A stretch of 64,000 nt of DNA from Moniliella sp. 'wahieum' (taxonomy: Eukaryota): contig RSEE01000012.1 of the NCBI GenBank assembly GCA_003971905.1, positions 310,001 to 374,000 on the forward strand, given 5' to 3'. Position 1 is the first letter of the stretch. Every line of letters begins with the position of its first letter. Of the stretch, positions 40,021-52,714 are shown in pieces. The notes below the pieces were generated by a model. That model was not told the DNA's origin and ran no database searches. It worked only from the letters and a program-made list of their open reading frames with translations. The position numbers and the translations under genes were made by a program.

Positions 40021-41129
40021 TCATTCCGCCCTCTGCAACACCTCTAGCAGTTCCTCATACCTCGTACGTGACTGGGCCAGGCACACCTCCACCACCTCTT
40101 CTGTAGCCAACAACACAAGGGAACGAGGATGGAGCGCTGCCGGGCTGGCTGGCACGGCAGTACCCGGCCTGGTGCAGGAGCAAGATCTGCGCTGGCCCAA
40201 CGCTCGTCTCGAGCGGCTTGGTCTGCGTCAAAGCCTGGTCGGGATCGGTGCTACTAGCCCAACGAACACCCATTTCCGTGTCCCCCGCCAAGCCCACTGT
40301 GATGCTGGAGGCAGAAGTAAAGCCTTCTTCAAACGCGCTGGGTCCGTAAGTAGATGCTCCCCTTCATACACACCAAACGTGAAGCACAGTGGCCAGCAGA
40401 GCAGCGGCAATGCCCATTTGTCTTCCTCATGCGGGCTGCACACCACGCGACCGGAGCGGTCGTCGTAGAGGGCTTTGGGCAAACGGGCTGCAGGTGGTTG
40501 TCAGCATATCACCAAAGAAACAATGACGGGCGAGAGGGGGGATAGTAAGGAGGGGCGACAACGTACTATTGCGTAGCGCACCCAACGCCGCTAATGCCGC
40601 GGCATTGGACACATTGCCATCATGACTCATGACGCTCACATCGAGATAGAGACACCAGGCTGCCACGTCCTGTGCAATGGCCAACGCGCGTGGGTCCAGT
40701 ACGGGTCGGCTGGGAGATGTGAAAAGAGAAGCCAGACGCTCTGCAATGGTTTGTGCCTCGTCTGACGGTGCGCCCGGGCGGGTGCGGGAAGAGCTCATAG
40801 GTGTGATCTCGATGTTGGGCACGAGCCACCCGGCGGTAGAGGAGCCGGCGGCGTGCAGCCCTCCTGGCGGTGCGACTTCGCCCTTAACGCTTGCCATGAC
40901 GGTTGTTGATCCCCAGCGCACCAGACAGCTGCCATGAGCCGAGGAGATTGCGCCTGGTACCACCGACACGTTGCGCCACGCAGTGAAGTCCCGAGCATCC
41001 TCCCCCGCCCGAGGCAAGGAAGCGCTCGAGGTAGGTCCGGGGGTGGAGGCGCTTGAATGCGGCGGCGCTTGTGCGCAGCTCCTCTTCCGACAGGTTTGCC
41101 GTGTCCTGGGTCGGGAGGGCAGCAGCCAT
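40021..41129 (-). CDS. RRP43: Exosome RNase PH-like subunit Rrp43
   Basis: AAFKRLHPRTYLERFLA, GSCLVRWGSTTVMASVKGEV, GWLVPNIEITPMSSSRTRPGAPSDEAQ, AWCLYLDVSVMSHDGNV and LLTDP; ends RYEELLEVLQRAE*. Confidence 0.85.
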
Positions 41130-41839
41130 GGCCAAAGACAGCTGGGCGATGGGGGTTGGTTGCGGCCAGCTGCGATTTCTGCCTGCTACATCTGCGCTGC
41201 CTGCACAAGCAAGGGCCAAGCAAAAAAAGGCCGCCCGTTCCGCCACTTCCAGCCTGGGCAGCCAGTTCCGCTGCCCGCATTTCTCACACAAAGCATCACG
41301 CATCGTGCAATGGGTGTCAGACGGGTGATTCACTGTAAGCCTTCAATTACGATCTCTCTCCCTGCCTACTCTCACATTCTCCTCGTTGCTCGGCACAGTG
41401 AGCGAAGGGGGGGACAGGTGCATACGCATTGGCATTTGCACATGTAAATGCTGTGGAAGATGTGGGGCGGCCGCCCTGCCCCCGTTGCTCGGGGGTTTTG
41501 GGATACAAGACAAGGGGGTGGGGGAAGGGACCGGGCAAGGGGGTGGGGGTGGGGGTGGAGGTGGAGGTGGGGAAGGTGAAGCGGATGGCGGGAGCACATG
41601 AAGGCATGGGTAACAGAGGGTAATATCAGCATGAGAGGAGTAAGGAGGCAACCATCGGATGCTGTCCCCATCTGCCAGCCATCCCAACAAGATCGATAGC
41701 CGTGGAACAAGGGGAGAGGGCGACTTGGCTGCAGCCCCGACCGACTAGCCTGGCCGGCTACCGCGCCCACGAGAGAGACGCAGGGGTCACAGGGGTCAGG
41801 GCGTAAAGGCTCAACTCGGTCACCATTACATCCACTGGC

Positions 41840-43301
41840 TTAGCGGGCCGCCGGCGCACCGCCGCGCCCGCCGCGGCGGCCACCCTGCGCGCCACCACGG
41901 GAGAAGCCGCTGCCACCACGGCCACCACGCATCGCCGGCGCGCTCGAGGTGTTCTTGGCCTGCACAAGCACTTGCTGGCTTTGCCCCGATCCCAGGTCGA
42001 CGGCCACACCCTGGTGCTGGTCCGAGTGAGCGATCGCCTTCCGTGCCTCCTCCGGCGAGGCGAAATCAACGTACGCCCGACCAGTGGGGAGCATGCTCAC
42101 GTCCAGCACGGTGCCAAAGGCAGACATGGCAGTCTTTAGCGCGCCCATCTTGACCTTGTCCACGTTGCGCACATGCACACTGGCTCCTGGCACACGGTTG
42201 GTAGGGGTGGGCTTGTTCGTCGCAGACTTGGAACCCGTAGGAGTAGCAGGGACTGAGGTAGGGGTAGCCGGCTTGGATGCCGGCTTGCTGCCAGCCTGGG
42301 GGGCCGCACGAGGAGCAGGTACCGTCTTGGTCGTGGCTGGTGGCCCTTGGTTGGTCCACTTGCCCGCGTTCGTCGCGGCCAGGTTGGCCCAGCTAGTGGG
42401 CTTGGCCGGCTTGGGCGCTTGCGCCGGAGCGGCAGCAGGGGCAGGAGCAGGGGCAGGGGCAGGGGCAGAGGTAGGAGCGGCAGGCTGGGAGGCAGGTTCG
42501 GCGGGCTTGTCCGCATCGGGGCTCGTCGAGGCGGCAGCGGGTGCATCATCCGGAATCTCCTCAATGCTTGCCGGCTCATCCTCTTCAATGGGCTCCGCAA
42601 CAGCAGGCTCTGCCTCGGCCGCCTCGGGAGAGACGTGGAAGCCGGCTCAGTCTGGCCCTCTGCTGCAGCGGCGGGCTCGGCGGTGGCTTCCTGAGCAGCC
42701 TCAAGAGCGGCTGGCTCGCTGGGAGCCGCGGGAAGGGCGTTGCTGGGCTGGCTCTGGAGGGCAGCAACAGCAGAGGTAATGTCCACGTCGTGAGCGACGA
42801 GGTGTCCGTCGTGCTCCGCTGTGCGACCTCGGTGTCGATGGCCTCGTCCACTTCCTCGGCGATCTCCTCCTGGTCGACATCGCTCTTGAGGTAGCGGAAC
42901 ATGTCGTTCAAGATCCAGTAACGGCCGCCCTCGTCAGCGAGGAAGAAGGTTTGACTAAAACGGCGCCAGGGCCCGTCATTGCTGCTCAGCTCGCCAAGGA
43001 CTTGAATGAGAATACCGTTGGCGGCCGAGAGCTGGCCATCGTAGTTGCTGACACAGACCTTGCAGTTGTCAAAGCCAGCACCGGCAATGGTCTGCTTGAT
43101 GGCGGCGGTGCCGACGACAGGGGCGTTGTCAGCGTCGCCCTCCTGGCCAAAGATAAGGGTGGAGCGGTCAAAGTAGAGGCGGTGGAGCTGGGAAGGGTCT
43201 TGGTGGAGGAGGGTGTAGTACTGGGTGATGAACTGGTTGGCGACGTCGGACGCGTCGGGGACAGCACGGGGCTTGTCGGTGGGGGCGACCTGGGAGCTCA
43301 T
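41840..43301 (-). CDS. G3BP/Nxt3/Bre5-like NTF2 + RRM + RGG protein
   Basis: NTF2 domain (VANQFITQYYTLLHQDPSQLHRLY...GILIQVLGELS...RRFSQTFFLA...YWILNDMFRY), Pro/Ala linker with SWANLAA, RRM (SVHVRNV...RAYVDFAS) and RGG tail. Confidence 0.92.
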
Positions 43302-43857
43302 GGTGGGAGAAGGGCGGAGAGGCGGGTGCGGAGAGATGGGAGAGGGAAGAGAGGGGGAGGGGGCGTGGGTGCGGGTGCGGGTGCGGCGGGGCGTAGGAAC
43401 GAAGAGTCGGGATGGGACGAAGTCCGAAGCCTGCAGTTTGCGGTCTGAGCCTGATTCATACGAGGGGCGGTGGCTATGCCAGTGCCATGCGCTGCTATGC
43501 CTGGCCACGCTGGGTGCCAGCGCTGGGCTGCCTGGGCCGGCTGGACGCATGTGACGCGTCGCCGCCGCCTGTTCTTCCGCTGACGTCAGCCTTCGACTTC
43601 TCGATTCTTCTGGCAGGGGGCGTAGGGTTGGTCGGTGCAAGCTGTCCTGCCCTGCCCGGCGATGCTGCTGGATTTGATTTGGCTGAATTTGAGGCGGCCG
43701 GTTGTTCGAGTTCGTCGGCCGTGAATTGGTCATCGATCATTGACCAGCGACATCATCGATCCGCGACGTCATCGACCATCGATCCCTGCTGGCACGTGAC
43801 ACTGTTGATGTGCTTTTTGCCCCGCTCACATGTCACAGGGACACGAGTGCTGCTGCC

Positions 43858-46800
43858 ATGATAAGATCACGACCACCACCATCACTGCCACCACCGCCAC
43901 CGCCATGGCCCACTACGACCAGCCCGGCCGACGCCCTCCTTCCGCCTGCCCCTCGCAGTGCCCCCCTCACTCCAGCGGCCACTGATGCGTCTCCGCACCC
44001 AGCCCTCGCCCGCCGCAACGCAAGCGCCACCACCTCCCCCCCCTTCCCACCTCCCCCTTGGCACATCTGGCCGAACGCACCCCTTGAATGCCAGGCTGTA
44101 CCAGCAGCGCACCCGCCCCATCTCTTGCCACAGACGCCTCGTCGCCCTCGCCCGCTGGCGCGCATCGCTACTGGAGCCAGCTCCACTACCACCCCGGGAA
44201 CCCGCAGCATCGTTTTCCCGTCCTTTCGTCGTCCCAATGCCATCCACTTGTCCCCCGGCGCGCTCAGTCGAACGGTAACATCCCATAATACACCCACTGC
44301 AGCTCCTACGTATAACGAAGACAATGGCTTCTACATCGTCGCCCTTTTTGAGGCCAATTCTATCCAACGCGACGTGGGCATCGCCGCCATGAATATGACC
44401 ACGGGTGCGTACTCCATACATGTATAGCTCCTGAGGGGCTTGATGCATTAGAGGCCAGACAAGTTGCTAACCTCCTCCACCTAAATAATGACTTGGCCAT
44501 TTCATGATATAGGAACGGTTGCCCTGACCCAGGTGAATGATACCACCACCTACCACAAGACGATTCAGTTCCTTCGCCTCCACCCGCCGTCAACAATTGT
44601 CATCCCCCAAGCTGGAGCACGGCCACCCCCGGAGCGGGTTCTAAGGCGAGATCCGCCACAACAGGTGCATTCATCCTCGCTTTTGGCTCAGTGTCTTCAG
44701 GAAACGTTCCGCCAACCCATCTATCCTATCCACCGCAAATTTTGGAGCGCTGAGAAAGGTCTGTCCCCTGACTCACTCCTTCCTCTGAATCTGCGTGATT
44801 GACTCTCTCTCCCCCCCTCACCCCCTTACAGGCCTCAAGTCACTCGAAAAAGTGTTACTCAACGAAGTGTCCATGACCGCTGAAGGGCAGGGCGCGTCAG
44901 CTCTGGAGCACGCCACTGAGATGTCCACCGCCTACGGCTCCAACTCACCTGCCGTCGTCCAAGCTGCCGTGGGATCCCGCACTTGTGTGCTGAGTGCCAT
45001 TGAGGGTCTCCTCGCATGGTTACAGCTTTACGAAGGACATCTCCTTCTTGATCAAACCATCCGTGTTCGATGGGTTCCCCTCGAAGGCACGGTGGCGATA
45101 GACTATGCGACTGCGACCAATTTGGAACTCGTATTTTCCCGATCCGGGGGGGGCAAAACACTTTGTGGGGCACCATGCTCGCAACTGCCACTGCTGCCCG
45201 TCGGGGCGGAACCAAGACAGGAAACTGGGCTACGAGTCGGTGGCTGGGTCTTGGGGGACCCCATGACGCGCCGTCTGTTACGGTCTAACGTGCTCCAACC
45301 ATTAACTGATACAGTTCTGTTAGAATCACGTTTGGTTGCGGTGGAGGAGCTGGTTAGGGATGACGAACGGCGAAGTGAACTTGACCAGGCCCTGATTCCT
45401 CTACGCACGGATGAGATGGATATTGACGCGCTAGCTCACCGCTTGGTAAGGGTCAACCGGGCGAGGTGACTCTGAGGGTTCCGGGTCTAGCACAACTAGC
45501 AATTGGGGGGCTGATTTCCTCCCGCTCCCTGATCCAGAATTGACAGACACACGCATCCAACTTATCCTAAAAGTCAAGGCTTGGCTCTCTTACCTCCGTC
45601 CTGTCGTTGGAGCTCTACAAGGAGTCCAGTGCCCCCTTCTTACCGTCATTGCGCAGGTATGCTTCTCTTCCGTGTTGTATGCTTGAAGTGGGAAGTGGGG
45701 GTCAGCCGTAGCTGACAGTTGATGACCCCCCGCGGTCAGTGTCTTCATCTCCCAGAATTAGCCGAATTGGCATCCGTCATCGACACAATCATCAATCCAG
45801 ATGTGATTCTCGGTCGGGGAGGCTGATTCGAGCCAATGCCCGTGTATCCGCTGTGATGCCCAATCAGAATCCTTTGTTGGATGTGGCGCGTGAGTCGTAC
45901 AAAGAGAACTTGAGGATATCTTTGCCTTGGCCCAGCAGTATTCCAGTATGTCCGCCTTCTACTCTTCTCTTTAAGAGACTTAAGACGGGGACGACTAGCA
46001 ATGCCAGATGAGTACGACATGCTCTTTAAAGCCAAGTACCGCAACACTGGGTTTATCCTCGAAGTTCGTACCGACGAAGCAGACGTATCCTTTTTCCCGC
46101 CTGACACGTTTGTCAATGTGCACAAGATGAAGAATGGAAAAGGATTTACCATGTCATCGTTGGATTTGGTCCGTGCCCTTGCCTATCCACCTTGCCTTGA
46201 ATACTCAAACTGACAGTTGCAGCACAGAAGAAGAGCAACCGTCGCATGATGGATATGTACACCCAAGTCATGACTCTGTCGGGCATCGTAGTAGAATCGT
46301 TGATTCTTGAGATTGTCGACCGGATCGCCAGTCTGTACAAGGTGAGCGCTCATTCTCTTTCCATATCTGGGGACACACTGAATCCTTGCCGATGTTCTTC
46401 CCCGACCATAGGCATCAGAAGCAGTGGGCATCCTTGACCTACTCCACTTGTTTGCCAGCACAGCCAGTGTGTTCAACTACGTCCGCCCCGAGTTTAGCAG
46501 CGTCACCGCGATTTTAGCCGGACGGCATCCTATGCTGGACCGTCGCACAGCCTCTCACGGGGGTGGTGCGGTACCCAATGACGTGTACATCACCCAGCCA
46601 GTCGATTCCAGATCATCGTCGGTCCCAACATGGCCGGCAAGTCTACCTATCTCCGATCGGTTGCTTTGCTCACTGTCATGGCCCTTGTGGGTTCCTAGTG
46701 GATTTTTGCTTCTCCTATCTTGGGGCACCCATGATCACAGTGGTAATTTGCTGACCCCACGTCTCGCCACTTCTATTGCATATGTCCCGCCGAATGTAAG

Positions 46801-47879
46801 CCATTTCTGCACACATACGCCACTCTGGCACTAGTGTTTCCTAACCTATATCTTCTCAGACATGGCCGGTGTCCGCCTGATGCAATACTGAGCTGCCTTC
46901 CTGCTCCGGACGATCTCGAATCGGGGGTGTCACACTTTGGGGCTGAGATGCGAGCGTGCGCTTCGGTGGTGGGGGGGGCGACTTCCAAGAGTCTATCCTC
47001 TTGGACGAGGTTGGTCGGGGAACTAGCCCCCCAGAAAGCATTTGGCATCGTCTATGCCCTTGCGGAACATTTGCTGGCTCACTTTCATCCCACCTGTCCA
47101 GCGGTCTTTCTTGCGACGCACGACACGCAGTTGGTCACCATTCTCGACGGATCGCCGAAGTGGTTATCCGCACCTTGCAGCTCGGGTGGAGACCAACCTC
47201 TCTGCATCTACCGTCAAAATGCATTTCCCTCATCGTGTGCAGCTTGGTGAACCGACGGAGTAAGTTCTCTCTCGTGCTGGCCAGTCGGCGGGCCGTTTGG
47301 TTCAAGTCTCTCGTACTGATGCTATACGCAGACAACGGACAGCGATCGACTTGGCGGCTCATGCAGGACTGCCACCAAGTGTCATTTCGCGGGCCCGGAC
47401 GCACGTGAGCACGTTGACTTTGCTCCAGGGCAAAGAACAGCGAAGCAGAGCAAGACCGGATCGATTCGCTCAAGCGCCGCAAAGCCGCCTTTCGCCTGTA
47501 TGCTACCCTGTCGCAGATGGTAGATGAGAGTGATTTGCCCGAGAGGATGTTTGGAGAGCAAGTGCTGGCCATCCAGCAGATTGCCCGCGAAACGTTTGGC
47601 TACATGGCGACAACCGACTTGAACCCCAGCGGTAACACCGGCATTGCATCGAATTCAATGGCACCTAACCGCCCGGGCTTTGGAAGTCCTCCCCCCCCTC
47701 ATCCTGCTCCCCTTTCGTCGGCCGGAACTGCTCACCAAGAAGAAGACAGAAAGGGCAGATCTCCCCTCTTCAACCACACGTTCTCGTTTGACTTGGCTGC
47801 AGGAGCTCGACTCGCTCTAAGACGAGAGCTTCTAAGTCACCCCCCCTTCACTAATATCCTTTCCCCTGTCACTTTGTAG
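43858..47879 (+). CDS. MSH4: Meiotic MutS homolog 4
   Basis: No mismatch-binding domain I. N-terminal VALFEA...[74 protein letters not shown]...ILAGRHPML, Walker [42 protein letters not shown] and [15 protein letters not shown]. Many introns and indels; the 3' end is approximate. Confidence 0.85.
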
Positions 47880-48232
47880 TACCCTGGCCTTTCAACCAAC
47901 AGTTCCTTCCAAAGATCACGCTAGAGTCTGATACGACTTCTGACCCGATTCCCTCGCCTTTGTATATCCGTCGTCCCAGGGGGACCAAGCTCCCGATCGA
48001 TAATCAGGAATTCGCTAAGAAGTCATGTCATTCTCCGTTTGACTAGGTGAGCTATGTCCAGGTACAAAGGACAAGAATCCGAGGTGGTATCGGTGTAAGC
48101 CCCCACGCCAGCATGGGTCGCAGGACAGTGTTACCAGCGTTCCTGCATGGATGCACGGGGACTAGCAGCGCAAGGAAAAGATAGGGGAGGAACACATAAA
48201 GTATCATGACCTTTGTGTGCTAGGCGCGGGAC

Positions 48233-49361
48233 TCAGTTGTCACGCCGATCGAAACGGCGGTTGATGCCACCCAACAGAGCCTTGACGATCAAGTCGTACG
48301 ACAATGCCATGCCACTGGCGGGAGTGGTATCGACAATGTCCCGCACCCCTTGGGAGGAGGAGACGGTGTCGTCCAGCTCTCGTAGAAATTCGGTCGCCTC
48401 GCGATCGTCGCCCACTTGGATAAAAGAGAAGCCAAGCTGAGAGAGCGGGAAATGGTTCTGGTCCAAACGCCGCGCAATCGACACAATCACATCCTCCACA
48501 TCGTCCGTCGCCGCGCCGTCGGTAAGAATGAGGTAGTTGCGCTTCCGCGGCTCTACAAACCCATCCGGAAGCGGCCGACCTGTCGCCTTGGCCTGCTTGG
48601 CAATCTCAATCGCATCCAGGTATTCCATCATCAGTTCTTCGATTTTGGCACCGGTGGGGGTAGCGCCGTCGGGCGTGACCGAGTCGAACAGCGCACGGAC
48701 CGCCTCCGGGTCGGTGCACGAAATCAGATTGCGCGGCGAGTTGAGGAAATGAACGTCCACCCCATCTGGGTCCTTGTCCTGACCAGCGCCACCATGCCGG
48801 CCAGCGCATCCCGTGCTTCCTCCCACCGCGTAGGGCCGCCGGCATCGGGCGCCAGCTGCATCGACCCGCTGTCGTCGACTACGAGCACCGTGTCAAATGT
48901 TTTGAGCAAGTCCAGAGGGTCCTCTGCGTAGCGTGCATTGGGGCCACTGGTGGCACGTAGGCTGTGGGTCCGCACGGTATCGGAAATGCCGCTCGTGCTG
49001 AATTGGGTGCGGGCTGGCAGGGCCGGGGCCGGTCCAGGGGCTGGAGCAGGGGCTCCAGCCGGATTGTACGCGCTGGGGCCGCGGCTGACGCGGGGGGCGG
49101 GTAGCCAGCGTTGGAAGCCGGGGGGTAGCCAGTGTTGGAGGCGGGCGCGGGGGCCGAGGCGGGATAGGCAGACGAGGGCGGATAGCCAGCTGCTGGATAG
49201 CCCGCCGACGGATAGCCAGCCGCCGGATAGCCTCCCGACGCGGTGGCTGGCGGAGGGCTGCTGGGCGGAAGATACCCACTGGCGGGGCGGGTGGGCCGGT
49301 GGGGGTCGACGGGGTGGTACGCAGGCGGAGGTGCGTCGGCGGGGGGCGCGTAGGAGGGCAT
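48233..49361 (-). CDS. Fungal von Willebrand factor A domain protein with Pro-rich N-terminus
   Basis: EDPLDLLKTFDTVLVVDDSGSM (DxSxS MIDAS), RWEEARDAL, DPDGVDVHFLN, TPDGATPTG, YLILTDGAATDD, FIQVGDD..ATEFLRELDD, RDIVDT, KALLGGINRRFD. Confidence 0.9.
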
Positions 49362-50481
49362 GGCCAGCAGACAGACAGACGGTGGGGCTGTGCGTTGCGG
49401 CAGCCGTCGGACCCAGAGCCGGACCCCAGAGCCTACTCCAGCTGGTGCTCACATCTCAACCTCAGGCCTCGCGCGTGCTGCCTGACGCGTGATGCCTGAC
49501 GTAAGCCCGCTGTTCCTAGCCCGGCTGCGCACTTGCGGCGTCCTCGCGTCACATGCATCACACATCACAGTCACACTCGACGCGCTGCGAGTCGCGCTGC
49601 CCCGCAAACACGGCCCCTGCGGTGATGTCACAGGCACAGCTTGCAGCACCTCGTTCACCAGGTTCACTAGTCACTAGTCACTCTGGTTTGAAGCGTTCAT
49701 ATTCATGTGCCCTGGCGGGATTGAAAAGGGCTAGGAGCGTCGCAGCATGGCGTCGCACTGGCATAGCCCCGGCAGCTAAATAGTCTCCTGGTCCAAAGCA
49801 TGTGGCACTAACGTTATCGACAGGTAATAGCCGACGGCGGTGTTCCGCGTCAACAACCACTTTGTTCGGGCGAAGGAAGAAAACTCAACCCCACACCAAA
49901 GCCCGATACAACTTCATTTTGTCCTTTGGGAACAAGGAAGTTGGCAAAACCTCTCGACGTACTCACCGTCCATTCCGAACTGAACCGGACTAAGCAGTTC
50001 ATCCGTCAAGGTGGTGCCCACGAAATCCGCTTCCCCATCAAACACAGTCAGGATTATTCCAACCCGCACACCGACTTTCGCCTGACGCTGCAGAGGTACC
50101 ACAACCCCAGTGGCCCGCATTACCCCACTGTGGGCGAACATCTGGGCTTCCCTCTCTCGGAGAGATCTCGGGATCTCTTGAAGGCTCCTACCGCCCATGG
50201 AGGCTGGTGCAGTGGCAACGTCGTGAGCTGGGTGGCAATGGAGTATACTGTGCGTTTCCAAGAACTAATTCCCTGATCTTTCAACATACGAATACGTTTG
50301 AACGTATATGAACGGTCCGAGATACGCAGCGTCTCGGGTTCTGTTCTTCTACTGGCTTTGTCGGTCCATCGAAGACAACCAGTTATACCAGGGGTTATTG
50401 TTGTTTTCCTTTCTTTTCTACCCATCTCCAAGTAAGGTATATACTGTGCGTGAATGTGAGGCTCACTGATCCGGATGTCCA

Positions 50482-50630
50482 TGGTATTCTGCGGTATTCT
50501 GTGCCCTCTCCGTGATATTCTGTGGTATGTCGTGGGATGTTGTGGTGAATCTGTGTCATTCTGTGGCTATCGGATTCTTACCTTTTTTTTCTGTGGCCTG
50601 TTGTGGTGTTCTGCGGTATCCCGCGGTATG
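50482..50630 (+). repeat. Degenerate ~10-bp minisatellite (GGTATTCTGY-like)
   Basis: ggtattctgcggtattctgtg...atattctgtggtatg...ttctgtggc...gttctgcggtatcccgcggtatg. Confidence 0.65.
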
Positions 50631-51250
50631 TTGCACGCTGACGTTTTTTGATGTTAAACGTGCTGAATCTGTTGCATCTATTACTCGAGCAAAATTTAGC
50701 TCGCCGTAATAAAGGACAGCCAGTCAGATTATGTTGTGACGTGTGGAAGGGATGATATATAGCTCGCTTGCCTAGCTGACGCCGTACCCGTACCCTCAGG
50801 CCTCACGTGCCACTCAGCGCCTCCGCCCGACGCGCGCGCAGCCCCCTTGTCCTTCGCCCCTCCTCTTCCTGCGCTAGTTGCCTGACTCGTTGCCACCGCC
50901 ACGCTCTACGCTCTATATAGTCGCAACCTTCTCGTTTCCGCTCATTGCTACCGTCGGCTAATTTAGCCCTCTAGCTTGAAGACTGCGCGTCAAATAGGGT
51001 GCTCTGCTTCCACGGCGCAACCATTAGGCATTAAGCGATGATCTCGATGGTCGGATGAGGCCTGAGGCCTCCTGAGGTGGTGGGTGGAGGGGGCGCAGCA
51101 ACTATATATTGAACCACTGCAACGTTGAAAGCATGGTTTCCGTGGGTAGGATTTTCACACGCCTCGTGCCGCTGTGGGGAGTCAACGTTCAATTGAACGT
51201 TCAACTTTGCCTCGCCACAGTGGCGTAGTAGCAAGCGGGCACACTGCGCA

Positions 51251-51316
51251 TTCGCAGTAGAGCAGATCAGCCGCCGTGCAGTCTTCGCAGTAGAGCAGAT
51301 CAGCCGCCGTGCAGTC
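51251..51316 (+). repeat. Exact 33-bp tandem duplication
   Basis: ttcgcagtagagcagatcagccgccgtgcagtc occurs twice in tandem. Confidence 0.95.
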
Positions 51317-51853
51317 GTCTTGCCAGTGCCCCTTCCGTGACGCGTTACGCGGCGCCGGTTACCGCTGCGCCGCCTATGTTGCCCACACAAGCTGTCTGTA
51401 ACCCACCGCGCCCACCATCGACCTTCCCGCGGCCGACACACACACGGCGAATGGCGTCCCCCGGTGGCGTGACTCTGGTCCATAGCGCACGGCAACACAC
51501 TGCCGCGCTCACGTATAGACCACCTGCCCCCCGTAGCTCCCCATCGCGGGCACGCTTTAGCCAGGGGCATGGGAAGCTAGCGGCCCCGCCCGGGTGAGGC
51601 CGGGCCGGCAACTTAGTCGAAGGAAGGGGGCGAGCGGCTGCCCCCTGCCTACCCTCGCGACCTGGGGCCCTTGATGCTATGGCGCGTACGCCTGCCCCAG
51701 CCTAATGTGGGACAGTGGGCAGGGTGGGCGGGGGGGGCACAGTGCCCTTCTCCTACAGCTCCGTTGGGCCTGGGGCTCATTAATATTCCGTCTCTAGAAA
51801 GCACTGCTGCTAACATCGAGATGCGCTGAGCCACCCGACTGATAACACGGCGG

Positions 51854-51860
51854 TATATAA
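51854..51860 (+). promoter_or_regulatory. Putative TATA box
   Basis: TATATAA about 108 bp upstream of the ATG at 51962, followed by a pyrimidine-rich tract. Confidence 0.45.
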
Positions 51861-51961
51861 CCCCCCGCTCTCTCTTCCTCTTTCCCGGTCCAGGCGTCAA
51901 GTGCTTAACCCCCTTGCCGTCGTCTCTGTTTTGTTGTCCCCTCTTTCCCTTGTTCCGCACT

Positions 51962-52192
51962 ATGCCCTACATCAACGTTACTGTCGCGGCGGCCCCGAAG
52001 GAGGTACGGGTGTGGGTGCCCTCGCAAGCGGCGGCTGAACATGCTTTGACCGTCACGCAGAGCGGAACCAAACGTCCCTCCATCTCTGCCCCGTCGCCTC
52101 TGGAATTGGGCGCGTCGGATGAAGAGGACAACTTCTTCTTTGACGATCGGTCGGCCTATAACCGCTTCCTTCTCAAGATTCGTTCGGATTGA
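51962..52192 (+). CDS. Putative small (76 aa) hypothetical protein
   Basis: Intact ORF MPYINVTVAAAPKEVRVWVPS...FFFDDRSAYNRFLLKIRSD*, preceded by TATATAA at 51854 and a CT-rich tract. Confidence 0.5.
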   Translation: MPYINVTVAAAPKEVRVWVPSQAAAEHALTVTQSGTKRPSISAPSPLELGASDEEDNFFFDDRSAYNRFLLKIRSD

Positions 52193-52714
52193 AGCACGGG
52201 TCGTATTGCTTGATGGCTAGTCGGCTGCTTGATCGCACTGATTGCACTGATGGCTTACATTTTGTTTTGCACACGGGCTCGTTTCCACACCCGCCCCCCT
52301 CCTGCTGCCGCCCATCTCAACCATGTCACTTCCTGCGTCTCGCTGATCTGGGTCGCTGGACCATATACGTTGTACAACATCTTGGTCCCCCGCCCGCCAT
52401 CCATATGTGAATTGCCTTCATTGTCCCTACTGCGTGTGGCCGGCTGGAAAGTGCTTCGCTACGTCTCCATATCACGTTCCCGTCTCCCACCCGCTGAAAT
52501 CCAATCTGATCATTGTTGTCCTCGGATTACCTGAGCCGGGTTGGATGGGACGTGGGCGGACTTAGTACGTGTACATGCAGCCGCAGGCGAAACGGATACG
52601 ATAATCAAGTAGAGCCTTTTCCTCTTCCACCCTTCCTGCAGGAACTCTACTCGGCTTACAGAGGGACGGGGGCTAGCACGGTACGACAGAACAAGAATGA
52701 AGAAGGAATGTAGG

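Noticed and set aside
51251..51316. CRISPR-like 33-bp repeat
   Set aside because: Only two adjacent copies, no spacer, no cas genes, and a eukaryotic context.
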